This document shows, piece by piece, positions 29,449-44,358 of a stretch of DNA of 64,000 nucleotides. The translations under genes were made by a program, and so were the position numbers. Position 1 is the first letter of the stretch; each line of letters starts with the position of its first letter. The notes below the pieces were generated by a model. It saw only the letters and a program-made list of their open reading frames with translations. It was not told the DNA's origin and did no database searches. The stretch is from the human T2T-CHM13v2.0 reference genome, Homo sapiens, in assembly GCF_009914755.1 (NCBI RefSeq), contig NC_060933.1; one strand, given 5' to 3'.

Positions 29449-30234
29449 TAAATGGTTCATATCCTTTTGTAACTTGCTCTTTTTTATTTCATTATAAATT
29501 TTGAGATTTATGCTGGTAGTACATGTATATTGGTGAATTCTTATTAACTACTATGTCCCATTATACACAAAATAAAAAATTTGTTTCCTCAGTCTCCTAC
29601 CTACATTTGGGTTGCTGTCACTGTCTGCCTCTAACTCTTCTATACACATCCTCCTGTCCCAGCTTGCTGAAGTTTCTTTCGTTCTTTTTTTTTTTTTAAT
29701 ATGATGGCCATAAGGGAGAATTGAATTCTAGCATTTTCAGCCTCTGGAGTGAAGTTTCTAGCAATGTGGAAATGGTGGGTCCTGCAGAGGCACCTCCAAA
29801 ATGAATGTCTTAAACGGAATTTTCCAGGGAAAGAGGAAAAGAAATGAAAAGTCTCTTTGAAGAACGGCAAAGACTGAGAAGGGAGATGAAAGAAGTCTTC
29901 ATAATCATAAGAACAAAGGTAGAGTCTGACTCTAGAACTAAGGCATAGAAGAATGTGGCTTTAGAAGTTTGAAAAAAGTATAGAGTAAATTTAGGAACAG
30001 TAAAGTTTTGTTTCTAGCGATCACAACATTAGAATAGATTTTCATTATGCAAGTTCAATCAAGGACAGAATACTGAATGACCAATATGCCCCATATTACT
30101 TTTCTTTTAATGCTTGATGCTGTATGGAATATTCTTACATCCTAAGGAAACTCAGTGATAGAACCTGAACATTTTTTATAATAAACTAAACATCTCCCAA
30201 TTCCTCTTCACACTCACTATTTTGTTAAACACTG

Positions 30235-30335
30235 AAAAAAAAACCTAAGGTGCCATTCTTATTCCTACTTCACAGATAAAGCTGCTGAGACTCAAGGAGT
30301 TTACAGAACTTGCTCAGGGCCACCTGGAAGGTAAA
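30235..30335. mobile_element. MIR fragment
   Basis: attcctacttcacagataaagctgctgagactcaaggagtttacagaacttgctcagggccac resembles the MIR core. Confidence 0.6.
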
Positions 30336-30817
30336 CAAACTACCAAGCTGTTGAGCTGCAAAGGCCAGCGAAGCCGAAACTATGCCGGTAGCCAGCACAG
30401 TGCCTCACGGAGGGGACCTCTTGTAGCACGACTTTGGCTAATCGTAACGACAAGGACAATGGGACACACAGAACCGGTGGTGACATAGACCCAAAGAGGT
30501 GACATATGGAACCATCACATGGCTGCAGAGGAAACAGAACAAAAAAATTTATAATGAAGTCGCTTTTCTGTAACCTTGGCGACCGTCACTATAGTTTCAA
30601 GAAAATGTTTTTCTACACATTCAAAGCATCATCCATATGTTGGCTTCCATCTGTTGGCTTTCTGTGCCATATCCCAGAACCGACCAGGTGTCTCTGAGCC
30701 CAGGAAGCCCTGTGATTAATTGTGCCTGTCCAGAACACAGCTCAGGGATGTGGTTTTAAGAGGAAAGGTCATAAAACCCACATAGGCTATTGCAAATGGT
30801 GTCACAGCACTACTCAC

Positions 30818-30944
30818 CGATCATGGAGAGCGGGAATCTTGGTAGGACACTGTAAATATTGCTTAAACCGGAGCTCAAAGGCTTGTCCGATGGAGCCGAT
30901 GACATCCTGGGCCAGCCCATCACAGCATTCCAAAATGTGACAAG
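30818..30944 (-). CDS. SHC3: SHC3 coding exon (exon 7, 127 bp), end of PTB domain: (A)[41 protein letters not shown](R)
   Basis: Peptide in ORF 30814..31083. Boundaries are ctttcccag|CT and GAT CG|gtgagt. Phase 1-2. Confidence 0.97.
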
Positions 30945-33900
30945 CTGGGAAAGCAAGTGACATGGGCCTATTAGAGACAGACACTGGTGCTACCTGGGCT
31001 CTTCTACAAAGAGCCCTTGCTGAGGACACAGGGACAGAGAGGTGCATGCTTCTTCCATAATATGTCCTAGCAGATCCAACCACAGCTTTATCTCCAGGTA
31101 GGGAATCCTACAGCTATAACATCTCACAATAGGCATGCATTTCTTAATAGCCTATTGTCTACAAAATTATAGGTTTCATTTTTAAATAAATTAAAGATTT
31201 TTCAAGTTCAATTTGATGTTCTTCAATTTCTTTAGTCTATAAAGCATCAATTCTGACATCAATAGGGAAAAATTGTTTAGAAGGAGACTTCAGCACGACA
31301 AAGAGCCTGATCTCGACATGAACTAGGTCCCTTCAAACCCATGAGGCCTTAAAAAATGGACTGAAACCAGCATCTGTTGAGTGAATCTTGATTTATTCAG
31401 TGGACTTAGAGCAAGTAGTTCACTTGCTTCTTAGTGGGGGTAAAGTGTTGATCACCATATGTGGCCACTCAAAACAATAAGGAAACCTTTGAAGATGAAT
31501 ATAAAGAGATATTAATTATCAGTGTGACCATGCCAATAACATGACACATGCATCTACGTAAATTTGAGACTGGTTATTCATGCAGATTCTCAGAAAAGCA
31601 GCTTGTGTAAAGAGTAGATAAAAGTTAGGGGTGGCGGTAGGCCAAAATGAGGCCTGGTGGTAAGGCCTGGAGCAGTCCTTATGCTTGAAGCAGGCACCAG
31701 CTGTTACACAAGGACATGATGTCCTAGTGGCAAGGCTGCAGGATTATCTATGTGAAACCTTCAGAGAAAAGAGGGCCAGCCTCTGCCTCATAAGGAAGTA
31801 GTACTTTTTCTCCAGGGTACTGGAAAATACCTCTACTCTCCAGACCCACTTCCACCGTGCCCTACCATAAGCGTCCACATGTCCCTCCTGAAGGAGCCAC
31901 AGGGCTGTCGCCATGAGGAGCCTAGCATGATCTTTTTACCAATGGGATAAAGGAATTCTCAGGAATTCCTGGGAAGGATGACAGCTGCCTTCATCACACC
32001 CCACCATTCTCCTGCCGACAATCGTATGCCAAGGAGGGTTCCTCCAAAAGCCGCGTTGGTCCCTGCAGTGAGGAGGATGCATTTCTTCATGAGTTGTTGT
32101 TCCCCAGCCCTGGCAGTGATTAGGGAGACACTGAACTGTGCCCTCCCTATAGGAGAAGCCAGTACATACTGGAAAGATGAAAGCTGTCAGGGAGGGGACA
32201 GAGAGACAGACACGGATGCCTCTGCACAGTGTGGAGCCTCTCAGCATAATACGGCACTGGGACTTTACCCCGGAGGCAGCCAGCTAGGCCCTGGGGCCTC
32301 AGCTCCTTCTCTCCCAGACTCCAGGGCAGGGAGACTTCTGTGGACACAGGAAATGTATTTCCTCGGAAGAGCAAGTACAAATGTATTTCTGCTTTGGGGG
32401 GCAATGCAACCCCTTGGATACGGCAGTGTTATTTTAGATATTGCCAAGAGATGTGTCTACAAAGGTTCAGACATCCTGGTTGTCTTCTGATGATCAATTA
32501 TTGATATTATTTTAGTATTGACATTATTATTTACTAAGCATTGCCCCCAGGTAGTCACAAAGCAATGCCAAGCAGCTGTTACAGTTGTGCAGGTCACTGA
32601 CTGATACAAATGCAACCATCTTTCCAGCTAAGAAGGAAGTAGGAGTCCAGGCCTGAGCAAGGGAAAGCCAGTGAGACACCTCGTTCCCCTGACCTGTCCT
32701 GTGCCACGCCCCTCCCGGCCCTGCTGTCCAGCATCAGCACCAGCCAACAGGACTGGTTGGTCGGTGTTTTGGAGAATGAGAAAAAAGACTGGAAAAGGGT
32801 CAGAAAGGGTAGCCTGTTTTTTTTAAGGAGAAAATAGGTATCCTAGCCTTTAAGATGAAGAACGAAGAATACGATTTACTGAGAGTGGGCTGTACAATCT
32901 CATCCACATGCTACTAACCTTCTACACACCTGAGAGCATGAAGCCTGGGAAGGGGCCTCTGTGGGAAAGGTCCAGGACATGTGGAGCAGGTCAGGGCTTG
33001 AGGTAAAAGCACTCTAGCATGCTGAGAAATGGGCATGTTACTCCAAGTGACTAACTCGGGGGCAGGCCCTGCAGATTGTGAGTAGACCCATGGACTCTCG
33101 GGAATTAACTCATGCCTGCAGCTCCTGGCACCTGGCAGAGTCCTCAATGAATGGAGAAAACAAGTCACCTGTTGCTTTGGTCTGAGGATTCCTTCTATAA
33201 AATGGCCTCTACATGTTCCAGAAACTCACTCCAAAACCAGTTAAACCTGGACTTTGTCTCTCTGGGCCTGGTATTTCTTCTGAGAGTATTGACACTTAGC
33301 CAAAAGCCACAATCTTCTAGCCTGCCCTGTGTGATTTGATGTGTGCACTAAATAATGAGGCCTTCCCCAAAGGCAGTCATCCAGCCTGCTGGGCTTCACC
33401 TCTCCCTGAGGAAACAACAAAACCAAAGATGTCATTCACAAACAATGGAGAAGAAACCAAGAGAGGTATGCAGCCCATTCGTGCACAGAATCGAGATTCC
33501 AAATGACGCAAAATCTAAAACATAGCTCAATGTAAACAAGGTCAGCAAGACAGGGAATTCCACAGTCCTCATTTGAGGAAACTGCCCACTGGGGAAACTC
33601 GTACCAACAGCCTGCAATAGTTCATTTACTTAAAAGCAGGGATCCTTTGCTGACACTGGTTTCTCTCTTATTTTGCCCCGCCAATAAAAAAAGCTGAAGC
33701 CACTCTCTAAGAGCACTAGCCCAAGCTGCCCCGGAGCAGCCACCTGAGCCATGACATCAGCAAAGGGACTTTCAAGAGCTCACATCACAAGGACTACTCC
33801 ATAACTGAGATGGGCAACTTGAAAGCAAACCACTCCCTTAGGAATGTATTGTGGCTCTGTAGTCACACTGTAGTAGCTGGGGATGTGGTGGCTTTCAGCC

Positions 33901-34964
33901 ATATGGTAGCTCCTGGCATGTCCACTCACATCTCCCGCTCCCTGAAGAATGGTTAACAGTGGTGAATGAGAAGGCAGTACCTAGATGCATCCCAATCCAC
34001 CAGACTTCCAGTTCTCAGCTTCCTCCTCTCCCCAAATAAGCCCAGAGGCTAGTAGCTGCTCCCGGCTTGGCGCTCAGGACTGGCCCCCGGCCATCTGCCT
34101 GCTGCAACAGGGCATCCAGTAAACTGGTGTGAGGCTTGTTCATCTAAGCACGCTCTCAACACCCTACCTGTGACACCTATTCTGTGAGTCAGGGTGGGCA
34201 AGTTATGCCACAGTAAGAAACAATCCCAACGTCTCTGGCTGAAATCAACCATTTCATTCTTGCTTACTCATTTCTGGGCACCTCTCTAAGGCAGCCATCC
34301 TCTTGTGGTGCCTCAGTGGCCCAGGCTGGTTTGATCTTTTGATCTTGCAACTCAACGCAAGGCCTTTCCCACAATCTGCAGAAGAAACAGACAGCAGGGC
34401 CTTGCACCAGAACCAAATGCACCTTCTGTTCTGCTCTTAGCCCGTCACACAGAACTGTCATGGGCTTCTCCCAAGCAGGAGGGGGCTGGCAGATGCCATC
34501 TTTTGCAAGTTTGGAAGGATAGGAGAGCAGGATATTAGGAATGCCCATCACACCCACTGAATCCCTTCTCTAAGTCACAGTTATCCATGCTGCTTCTCAC
34601 TCATGCCTACCACAAAGAACTTTCCAACCATGCATCCCCAATAAGTGTCTATTTGTAAATTATTAACGTGCATTCCTGTATTAATATTATGTGTATCATA
34701 AAAACATCTTTTAAAAGATATCTTTTGTCTTCAAAAAGGATGCAATAAAGAGAAAAATAAAAATTTAAGCTGTCTTGTTAGCCGTGAAAGCATTACTCTG
34801 TCAGTCAGTATCTCAAGACACAACCACATTAGGTGTGATCTATTGTTATTATGATGGATAAAAATTCATCTTTCCATCCTGGAGGTACATTTCTTAATCA
34901 TCTTGAATGTGGAAGGGCTGATTTCTTATCTTATATGAATAGATGATCAGTGTTTTTACTGTGA

Positions 34965-35300
<336 letters not shown>

Positions 35301-36549
35301 ACCTCTTCCATTTCTTTCTTATTTGTTTGAGCTGCCATGATGGGTGTAATCCCTAATGTACAGTTTCTCTCCAAGAGGTTTAGTTCAGTTAAAACTAGTT
35401 CACACAGCTGAGAACCCACTTTGCTTCGCCGCTCACCCCACATCCCAGCACATGGGCTGGCAGCAGAGAGCCCTGCCTGCTGTGCAGCCATCCTGCCCTT
35501 CCTCTGCTATTACGGGCTAAGATCGTCCTGTTTCCAGATTAGAACTGTGAGCCAATGCTCCAGCCTTCATGTCCCACACAGTGGGCTGTTTGCACACTTC
35601 TGGCATAGGCCATTGCCTCGGCAAGCTTTGTGTGAACAGCGAGACCCTGCCCAAGCCAAGGCAAAAAACTTATCGGGATCCATGCCCCACTTTCAGGAAG
35701 CCACACCCCAGCCTCACACTTCATGGGTCCCAGGTGCTGTCCATCAGCCTCTCCAGGGTGGCTTGGCTCCCACAGTCCATCTGGGGTTCTCCAGTGGCTG
35801 CTGATCCAGACACCAGTAGCCTCTGATCCAGCCACATTCCAGAGCAGCTGGCCAGGGCATGGGGAACCTTGGAGATATTCGAAGTCATTACTCAAATGAG
35901 GAAATGTCCTGCTCAACAAGGACGGCTGTCTTTTCATCTTAGTGAGCTGATAACCCACACACCTTAAAAGGAATATCAAAAACGAATGAATTCTACCAGA
36001 GAGACGAGGGCTCCTCAATCTCTGACTGGTCAGACAACCTTAGTTTGTTTATTCAATGTAGCCATGCACTCTGAATTGATCCAGTTTTCCTTTTTCTTTT
36101 TTTTTTTTTTTTTAATCAGAGAAGAGTAAGAAATCCAACATTCAGCCACCCTGCTATGATGAGTTTCTCAGTACATGTCCTAGCCCCAGATAGGGCAAAT
36201 TAAAGTAATAAGGGTATAGCATTTTGCACCCATCAGATTTGTGGGAATTTAAAAGTCTAAAAATGCCAATTGTTGAATAAAAGGAGACTTCATATACTAC
36301 CCTTGGAATTATAAAGTAAAATGACCATTTCAGAAAAGTTGAGGATGTCCAAAACAGTGATTTGGCCTCCAGGTACATAGCCTAGGGAAATTCCTGGACG
36401 AGAGCACAAAAAAAAACATATACAAAATATTTACTGAAGACTTTATTTAGCAGACATTTTTTGAGCATCTACTGTGCACAAGGCCCTGCCCTAGGATCTA
36501 GGGAGAGTTTCAGTGGACACTGAAAATAAATAAATAAAAATATACCTCT

Positions 36550-36950
36550 GTAGTGGATTGAAGGGTGCCCTCCTCCCCGCAAAAGTCATGCCCCCTGACC
36601 ATCTGGAACCTGTGGAAAAGAGTTTTTACAGGTGTGGTTAAGTTAAGGATCTCGAGATGAGATTATCCTGGATTAGGGAGGGCTCTAAATCCAAGGACAA
36701 GTGTCCTTATAATAGATGAGAAGAGGGGCCCAAACATATAGGAAGGGGAGGCAGAGAGAGGACTGATGCTGCCACAAGCCAAAGAATGGCTGGGCCACAA
36801 GAAGCTGGAAGGAGTCTCCCCTAGAGCATGGCTCTGCTGTTGCCTGACTTCAGACTCCTGGCTTCCAGAATGGTGAAAGAATCAATTTCTGTTGTTTCAG
36901 GCCACCTAGTTTGTGACATTTTATTATAACAGCCCTAGGAAATGAACACA
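36550..36950 (+). mobile_element. MLT1 (B/C-like) MaLR LTR
   Basis: ttaaggatctcgagatgagattatcctggatta...aatttctgttgttt..gccacctagtttgtg..ttataacagccctaggaaatgaacaca. Confidence 0.82.
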
Positions 36951-36976
36951 GCAAGGAAGACAATGTAAAACAAAGA

Positions 36977-39190
36977 AGATGGAGGATGGTGGTGGAGGAC
37001 ATGGTGGAGGATGGTGGTAGAGGATAGTGGCATAGGACGTGGTGGAAGATGGTGGTGGAGGACGGTGGTGGAGGATGCAGTGGAGGATGGTGGTGGAGGA
37101 CATGGTGGAGGACGGTGGTAGAGGATGGTGGCGTAGGACGTGGTGGAGGATGGTGGCATAGGATGTGGTGGAGGACAGTGGTGGAGGATGTGGTATAGGA
37201 TGTGGTGGAGGATGGTGGTGGAGGATGATGGTGGAGGATGGTGGTGGAGGATGATGATGGAGGACAGTGGTGGAGGATGTAGTGGAGGATGCGGTGGAGG
37301 ACAATGATGGAGGATTTACATGGTGGAGGTGTACATGGTGGAGGATGCTGGTGGAGGATGTGGTGGAGGATGGTGGTGTTAGGACGTGGTGGAGGACGTG
37401 GTGGAGGACATGGTGGAGGACAGTAGCAGAAGATGTGGTGGAGGATGGTGGTGTAGGATGTGATGGAGGGCGGTGGTGGAGGACGTGGAGGAGGACAGTG
37501 GTGTAGGACATGGTGAAGGGCGGTGGTGGAGGATGGTGGTGGAGGATGTGATATAGGATGTGGTGGAGGATGGTGGTGGAGGACATTGTAGAAGACATGG
37601 TGGAGGACAGTGGTGGAGGATGGTGGTGTTAGGACGTGGTGGAGGACGTGGTGGAAGACATGGTGGAGGACAGTAGTGAAGGACGTGGTGGAGGATGGTG
37701 GTGTTAGGACGTGGTAGAGGACGTGGTGGAAGACATGGTGGAGGACAGTAGTGAAGGACATGGTGGAGGACGGTGGTGTAGGACATGATGGAGGGCGGTG
37801 GTGGAGAACGTGGTGGAGGATGTGGTGGAGGGCGGTGGTGGAGGACGTGGTAAAGGACGTGATGGAGGATGGTGGTGGAGGATGGTGGTGGAGGATGTGG
37901 TGGAGGACGATGGTGGAGGATGTGGTGGAGGATGGTGGTGGAGGACCGTGGTGTAGGACATGGTGGAGGACAGTGGTGGAGGACGGTGGTGGAGGATGGT
38001 GGTGGAGGATGTGATATAGGATGTGGTGGAGGATGGTGGTGGAGGACATTGTAGAAGATGTGGTGGAGGACATGGTGGAGGACGGTGGTGGAGGACGTTG
38101 TGGAGGATGGTGGTGGAGGACGGTGGTGGAGGATGTAGTGGAGGATGCGGTGGAGGACGTAGTGGAGGATGCAGTAGAGGATGATGGTGGAGGATTTAGT
38201 GGTGGACATGGTGGAGGACAGTGGTGTTAGGACGTGGGGGAGGACATGGTGGGGGGCGGTAGCAGAGGATGATAGTGTTAGGACGTGGTGGAGGATGTGG
38301 TGGAGGACAGTGGTGTAGGATGTGGTGGAGGGTGGTGGTGGAGGACGTGGTGGAGGATGTGGTGGAGGACATGGTGTAGGACGTGGTGCAGGGCGGTGGT
38401 GGAGGACGTGGTGGAGGACGTGATGGAGGATGGTGGTGGAGGACGTGGTGGAGGATGGTGGTGGAGGATGGTGGTGGAGGACATGGTGGAGGATGGTGGT
38501 GCAGGACGGTGGTGGAGGACGTGGTGGAGGATGGTGGTGGAGGATGGTGGTGGAGGATGGTGGTGGAGGACGTTGTGGAGGATGGTGGTGTAGGACAGTG
38601 GTGGAGGATGTCATATAGGATGTGGTGGAGGATGGTGGTGGAGGATGGTGGTGGAGGACGTTGCAGAGGATGGTGGTGTAGGACAGTGGTGGAGGATGTC
38701 ATATAGGATGTGGTGGAGGACATAGTGAAGGACGCAGTGGAGGACGATGGTGGAGGATTTAGTGGTGGACATGGTGGAGGATGGTGGTGGAGGATGTGGT
38801 GGAAGATGGTGGTGTTAGGACGTGGTGGAGGACATGGTAGATGACAGTAGCAGAGGATGATGGTGTTAGGAGGTGGTGGAGGATGTGGTGGAGGACAATG
38901 GTGTAGGACGTGGTGGAGGGCGGTGGTGGAGGGCGGTGGTGGAGGATGTGGTGGAGGACATGGTGTAGGACGTGGTGGAGGGTGGTGGTGGAGGATGTGG
39001 TGGAGGACGGTGATGGAGGACAAGGTAGAGGATGTGGTGGAGGACATGGTGGAGGACAGTGGCAGAGGACAGTGGTGTAGTACGTGGTAGAGGACGTGGT
39101 GTAGGACAGTGGTGGAGGACATGGTAGAGGACGTGGTGGAGGATGGTGGTGGAAGATATGCTGGAAGATGCTTGGTGTAGGATGGTACAC
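36977..39190. repeat. Degenerate (GGT/GGA)n array, ~2.2 kb (core GGAGGATGGTGGT / GGAGGACGTGGT), in intron 6
   Basis: Direct observation. It is the source of the long P/H/S/T-rich and V/E/D/G/W-rich ORFs. Confidence 0.97.
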
Positions 39191-40387
39191 AGGATGATCA
39201 GGGGAGGTGGCCCTAGAGGCGGCACTGGAGAAGATACCTGAAGCGAGTCAGGGAGAGAAGTCCAGGAAGGCCGGTGGTAGAAGGCAGGCACAGGGCCCAG
39301 GAGGCAAGAGCTTGCTTGGCACGGTCAGGGTCAAGGAAGACCCAGAAGCCAGTGTAGCTGGAGTGGCAGGGAGAGGGGATCATAGGAAGTGAGACGGGAT
39401 GGAGTGGGAGTGAGCTCACAGAGGGTCCTGTGGGTGTTGGGGGAATGGGACATTTTATTTGGAGTGAGCAGAGAAGGAACAAGATTGCATCATTTTAAAA
39501 GGATCCTTCTGTCTGCCATGTGGACAAAAAACTTTAGAGTGGAAGAGCGGGCACAGAGTGACTGATGATTAATTATGGAGCCTGTCAGGGGGCAGCAGGG
39601 CAGTGGCAAGAACTGGTAAGATGGAAGGCTTTGCCGGCAGGTGCAGGTGAAGGAAAGAAGGCAGAGAACTGGGGAAGTCGGGAAGGGGTTGCGGTTGATA
39701 GAAACCAGCAGGTGCTCTTCAGGAGGAAAGTGCTGGACCTATCTGTGTCTGCCTATGTTTGAGAGGCCTGTGAGACTCCCAAGTGGAGACACAGAGCTGG
39801 CTTTCAGGCAGAGGCCAGGGCTGGAAAAATATGTTCAGCATTCTCAGCCCAGGCATGGTACGTAAAGCACAGAGCCTGGCTTTGTTTGTAAAAACACTGC
39901 TCATAATAGCCAAATGTGGGAAACATCCAACCATCAGAAAATTCACCTCCTGCCACAGTGTCATTCGATGGCATATTTAACCACCTGGTTAAAAAAAATA
40001 AGCCATTGCTTTCACCCATTATACACTTGAGGCTTTGCTGCCAAGGGAAAGAAAAGTTAGAAGCAGTGCTGTGTTACTTCCACCAATGAGTTCAAAATAT
40101 TTAAGGCCTCTTTTAGAAAGTCACCTCTTGGGGCCTACAGCAGTCCAGGGCCAAAGGAAACAGAAACTCCTTTTGTTGAAACCACCATATTCGAGAAGCC
40201 CAGAAGAGGCAAGCTTGGCTGTGTGAAGCATTGTCTTCCCCATGTGGGCTTCCCACTCAAGCCCACTCACTCCTAAGACCTCCTGTTCTCCAGAAAATCT
40301 TGGGAAAAGAGCAGCAAGATGTCTTAGGAGCCGCTGTTCAGGCTGGATATGTAGGCTTCTCTCCCATTGGGTCAGCAGCACCTAAGC

Positions 40388-40762
40388 ATAGTCATCACGG
40401 TTTATCCGAAGTTTGTGCCTTCCACAGTTTCAGTTACCCATGGTCAACCTCAGTCCAAAAACAATAAATGGAAAATTTCTGAAATTTACAGTTCATAAGT
40501 TTTAAATTGCACGCCATTCTGAGTGAGTAGTGTGATGGAATCTCATGCCATCCTGTCCAGTCCTTCTCAGGACGTGAATCCTCGCTCTGTCCCAAGTATT
40601 CGCACTGCATATGCTACATGCCTGGCACTCACTTAGTAGCTGACTCAGTTATCAGATCAAAAAAACATAGTATGTGTAGGATTTGGTGCTATTTGTGGTT
40701 CCAGGCATCCACTGGGGGACTTGGATGGAATATACCCCCACAGATAAGGGGGAACTACTATA
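40388..40762 (+). mobile_element. MER44A-like (Tigger-derived) DNA transposon
   Basis: tttcagttacccatggtcaacctcagtcc...aagttttaaattgcacgccattctgag...cagataagggggaactacta. Family assigned from recalled consensus. Confidence 0.72.
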
Positions 40763-41902
40763 TAGGAAACAACTTTCCATGTCTTGGTTCAGGGAGTACC
40801 AGAGGGCGCCTGATCAGGGATACTATTACAATTATAAAGTATACGAATTACATGCCTTCTGTAGGCAGTTGTATGCCTAATTTGAGCATCATTTGGTAGC
40901 TACTTTTGTGACCTAAACAGTCCATTTGGAACTGTCTAATATATACATAAGGTTGCAGGGCATGGGAGTCACCCGGTAGTAATGAAAGTTCCAATGTAAA
41001 AAGAAAATGATATGTTAGAATTTAGCAAAGCCTGACTTGTTGGGAATTGCATCCCTACAGGTGCCAGTAGTCATCACCTAGGCCTCCTATGGTCCTGACT
41101 TTTAGCTATAATTTATCAACCTTGTGAGACATGGCTCATTTTCCACCCTTATCTCTTTGAGATGGTGGTGGTGGTGGTTACCATCCAACTTAATGACTTG
41201 GGTCAGGAACCTTTTGTCCTTTCACTGGATTAACTATAGAAGCCATGGATTCTTGATACCAGAGAGACAAATATAGATTCTCATTAGAATTATTCTAGAT
41301 TAACCACAAACACATATAAGAATATAGAAGCAAGAATCAGCACGGAAAAAGACAAACAGTAACAGCATCAAGGGACTTGAACCCGTAACTGTAAAATTTT
41401 ACAGAAGACTTTCTGGGATGCATTCTGTCCCTGATGGTCTTTAGGGGCTGTGCCTGCAGCCACAACACTACAAGGTCTGCTCATACACAGAGGGCTAGAA
41501 GCCCCAGTGTGGGGACTTTTAAGAGCCCAAATAAGAACATTCACACCCAGAATTTCTTGCTACTCTGCCCAGTGGTAGAGGCCAATCTTCCTAAATTAAC
41601 CCCTGTACATGGCATAGGGGAGGAAGAAAGAAAACAGAGCAGTTGGGAGAAAGCCCTGCCACTGGCTCCTTCATGGAGGAAGTCATCCTGGTAAGGACAC
41701 TGATGAGATGGAGCAGAACATGCTCATAGCTGGGCTGCTGGAGGGATGCAGTTAGATCCACCCTCCCTGCCCACACTGTCATCCGGTAGGCTGGGCCTCC
41801 TCATACATGGTGAAAGCAGGGTTGAGGGGTAAAGATGGCTGCAAATTCCTTGACATTCTTTCCTTGAAGGGTACATGTGGCTTCCTTCCCCCTTGAGTCT
41901 GA

Positions 41903-42205
<303 letters not shown>

Positions 42206-42664
42206 GACAGCTGTGACTAGTAAATCTATGGCAGAAGTGAAGCTTAGCCCGGCCTTTCAGAGCACTGGACACATCTACTCTGGGTCTCATGGAACCTAGA
42301 GCTGCCATACAGAAAGCCCTACTTCCCAGAGGGATGAAGGGGCCACTTGGAGAGTCTCTGAGACTCCATGGAGAGGGCTGAGCCTCTAGTCATCCTTGCC
42401 AAGGTCCCAGGTGTGGAAGCAAAGCCAATTTGGACCTCCTAGACCAGCCCAGACTCTCTAGCTAAAGACCACTCGATGACCCCTGTCGATGCCACTTGGG
42501 CAGATGAACTGACCAGCTGACACTTGCTTGAATTCCTGACCCACATTCTATTATAATAAAATGGTTGTTGTTAAGCCACTAAGCTTGAAGTAGTTTGTTA
42601 CAGGCAATAGATAGGTGGGAACACAGAGTGAGTATCTCCCACTAACTGTCTCAAACAAAGGGCC

Positions 42665-43033
42665 TGTCTTAATCAGCTGGGACTGCTGTAACAACACCAC
42701 AGGCTGGGTGACTTCAACAACAGACATTTGTTTCTCACAGTTCTGGAGGCTGGAAGGTGCCAGCAGACTTGATGTCTACTGAGGGCCCTCTTCCTGGTTT
42801 GCAGACGGCGCTTTCTTGCTGTGTCCTCACATGGGTGGAAGAGGGTGAGGGAGCTCTCTGAGGTCTCTTTGACAAGAGCACCAAACCCATTCACAAGGCT
42901 TCCCCCTCATGACCTAATGACCTCCCAAAGACATCACCTTCAATTGGGGCCTTTAATTAATGCAATACCATCATATTGGGGGTTTCTATTTTAACATATA
43001 AATTTGGGGGTGACGTGAATATTCAGTCCATAA
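42665..43033 (-). mobile_element. MLT1A-like MaLR LTR
   Basis: tgtcttaatcagctgggactgctgtaacaacaccacaggctgggtgacttcaacaacagacattt...atattcagtccata. Confidence 0.8.
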
Positions 43034-44306
43034 GAGGGCCCCTGTGTTGGTGGTGCCCTCAAGCACCAAAAATGGTGGAGATCTTTTTCTGCATCACAGG
43101 TCTGGCATTTGTCTTCACAGTATCACCACATGCAAACCTGAGAGAGCCTGGTGAGGCAGCCACGGGACATGTGGAATCGATCCTGATTCCCATGTCGCTG
43201 GACAGGAACTGTATTGTGGGCAGAAAGTACTCTTGGTTTGCCCCTGAGAAATGAAGTCAATGACTCGGGGCTAAACTCCTTCAGGATCTGGACCTAAGCC
43301 TTATTTCCTAGCTTTGGCGGTACCTTGGAATCATCTGAAGAGCTTTTAGAAAATTGTATTGTCTGGGCCCCACTCTCTGAGGCCTGAGCATTGAGGTTTT
43401 TTTAAGCTCCCCAGGCAGTGGCGTGGGGGATGATTCTCCATAAGGCCGCATCATGGATCAGTTCATCTCTTCCGTATGGGCTATCTTAAAAATATATCCA
43501 AGGTATAGCATTGGAGGGTAAGGTAGCAAAACAGAATATTAGGATCTCATTTGTATGAAAATGTTAAAAAGAGAGGGTATGTATACGGATAAGCATTATG
43601 CAAAGCAAACTAGAAAATCTTAGTTGGTACCTGGGGTAGGGGGGTAGTGAAAGGGAGTGCTGTTTTGTGCCGTTATTAATTCCATTTGTTATTTCATCAA
43701 TGAGTTTTAAATTGCAGCTGTGGTGTGGTGCATCAATAGCTGCCTGGAACTCCAGGGTAGTGCACCTTGGTCAGTCCCAGCCACCCCAGGTATGCTACCA
43801 TCCAATGGGCTTTGGTTTTATAAATGACTCCCCCCATCCAGCCTGTTCCTGAAGACTTAGAAGCTGAAAGGGATATAATCAGACAGCGCCTGAGCTCAGA
43901 CACTAACCTCTAGGGCTGGCAGGGCAGAGTGAAGTAGCTAGGGGTGGCTTAGTGGGCACTGGGCACACACCAGGAGCTGAAGCTGGGCAGGAGGACAGGC
44001 AGCAGGTGGTCTTCCAGGAGTAACCGAGGCCACTGTCAGAATATGGGCAGGGGCTGTTTGTGTGTAAATCAATTGTACCAAACCAGCTATCTGGATACAA
44101 GCGTGTGTTTGGTGGTCAGAGAGGTCCGGTACCTCCTAACTCAGCCAAGCGATCTACAACCCTTGCAAACCTCATTCATCCTTAGTAATACAAGATGGCA
44201 CTACTCATTTGTTGGGAGGGGGCTGAGATAACGAGGACCAGCTTGTATAGAATGTGAAGCCTGGCTGTACACAAACAAGAGATTAAAGGGGTCAAGCACC
44301 GCTTAC

Positions 44307-44358
44307 CTCTGCGATTAACAGGGTCCTTAGCCACATATGCAACATAGTCAGTTGTGTC
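44307..44358 (-). CDS. SHC3: SHC3 coding exon (exon 6, 52 bp), PTB domain: DTTDYVAYVAKDPVNRR(A)
   Basis: Minus strand ttctttaacag|GAC ACA ACT GAC TAT GTT GCA TAT GTG GCT AAG GAC CCT GTT AAT CGC AGA G|gtaagc. YVAYVAKDPVNRR is the conserved Shc phosphotyrosine-binding segment. Not in the ORF track. Confidence 0.96.

Noticed and set aside
36850-39291. Long minus-strand ORFs (up to 411 aa) rich in P/H/S/T, resembling extensin or mucin
   Set aside because: By-products of a triplet array depleted of stop codons. They overlap in several frames, with no splice or promoter support.
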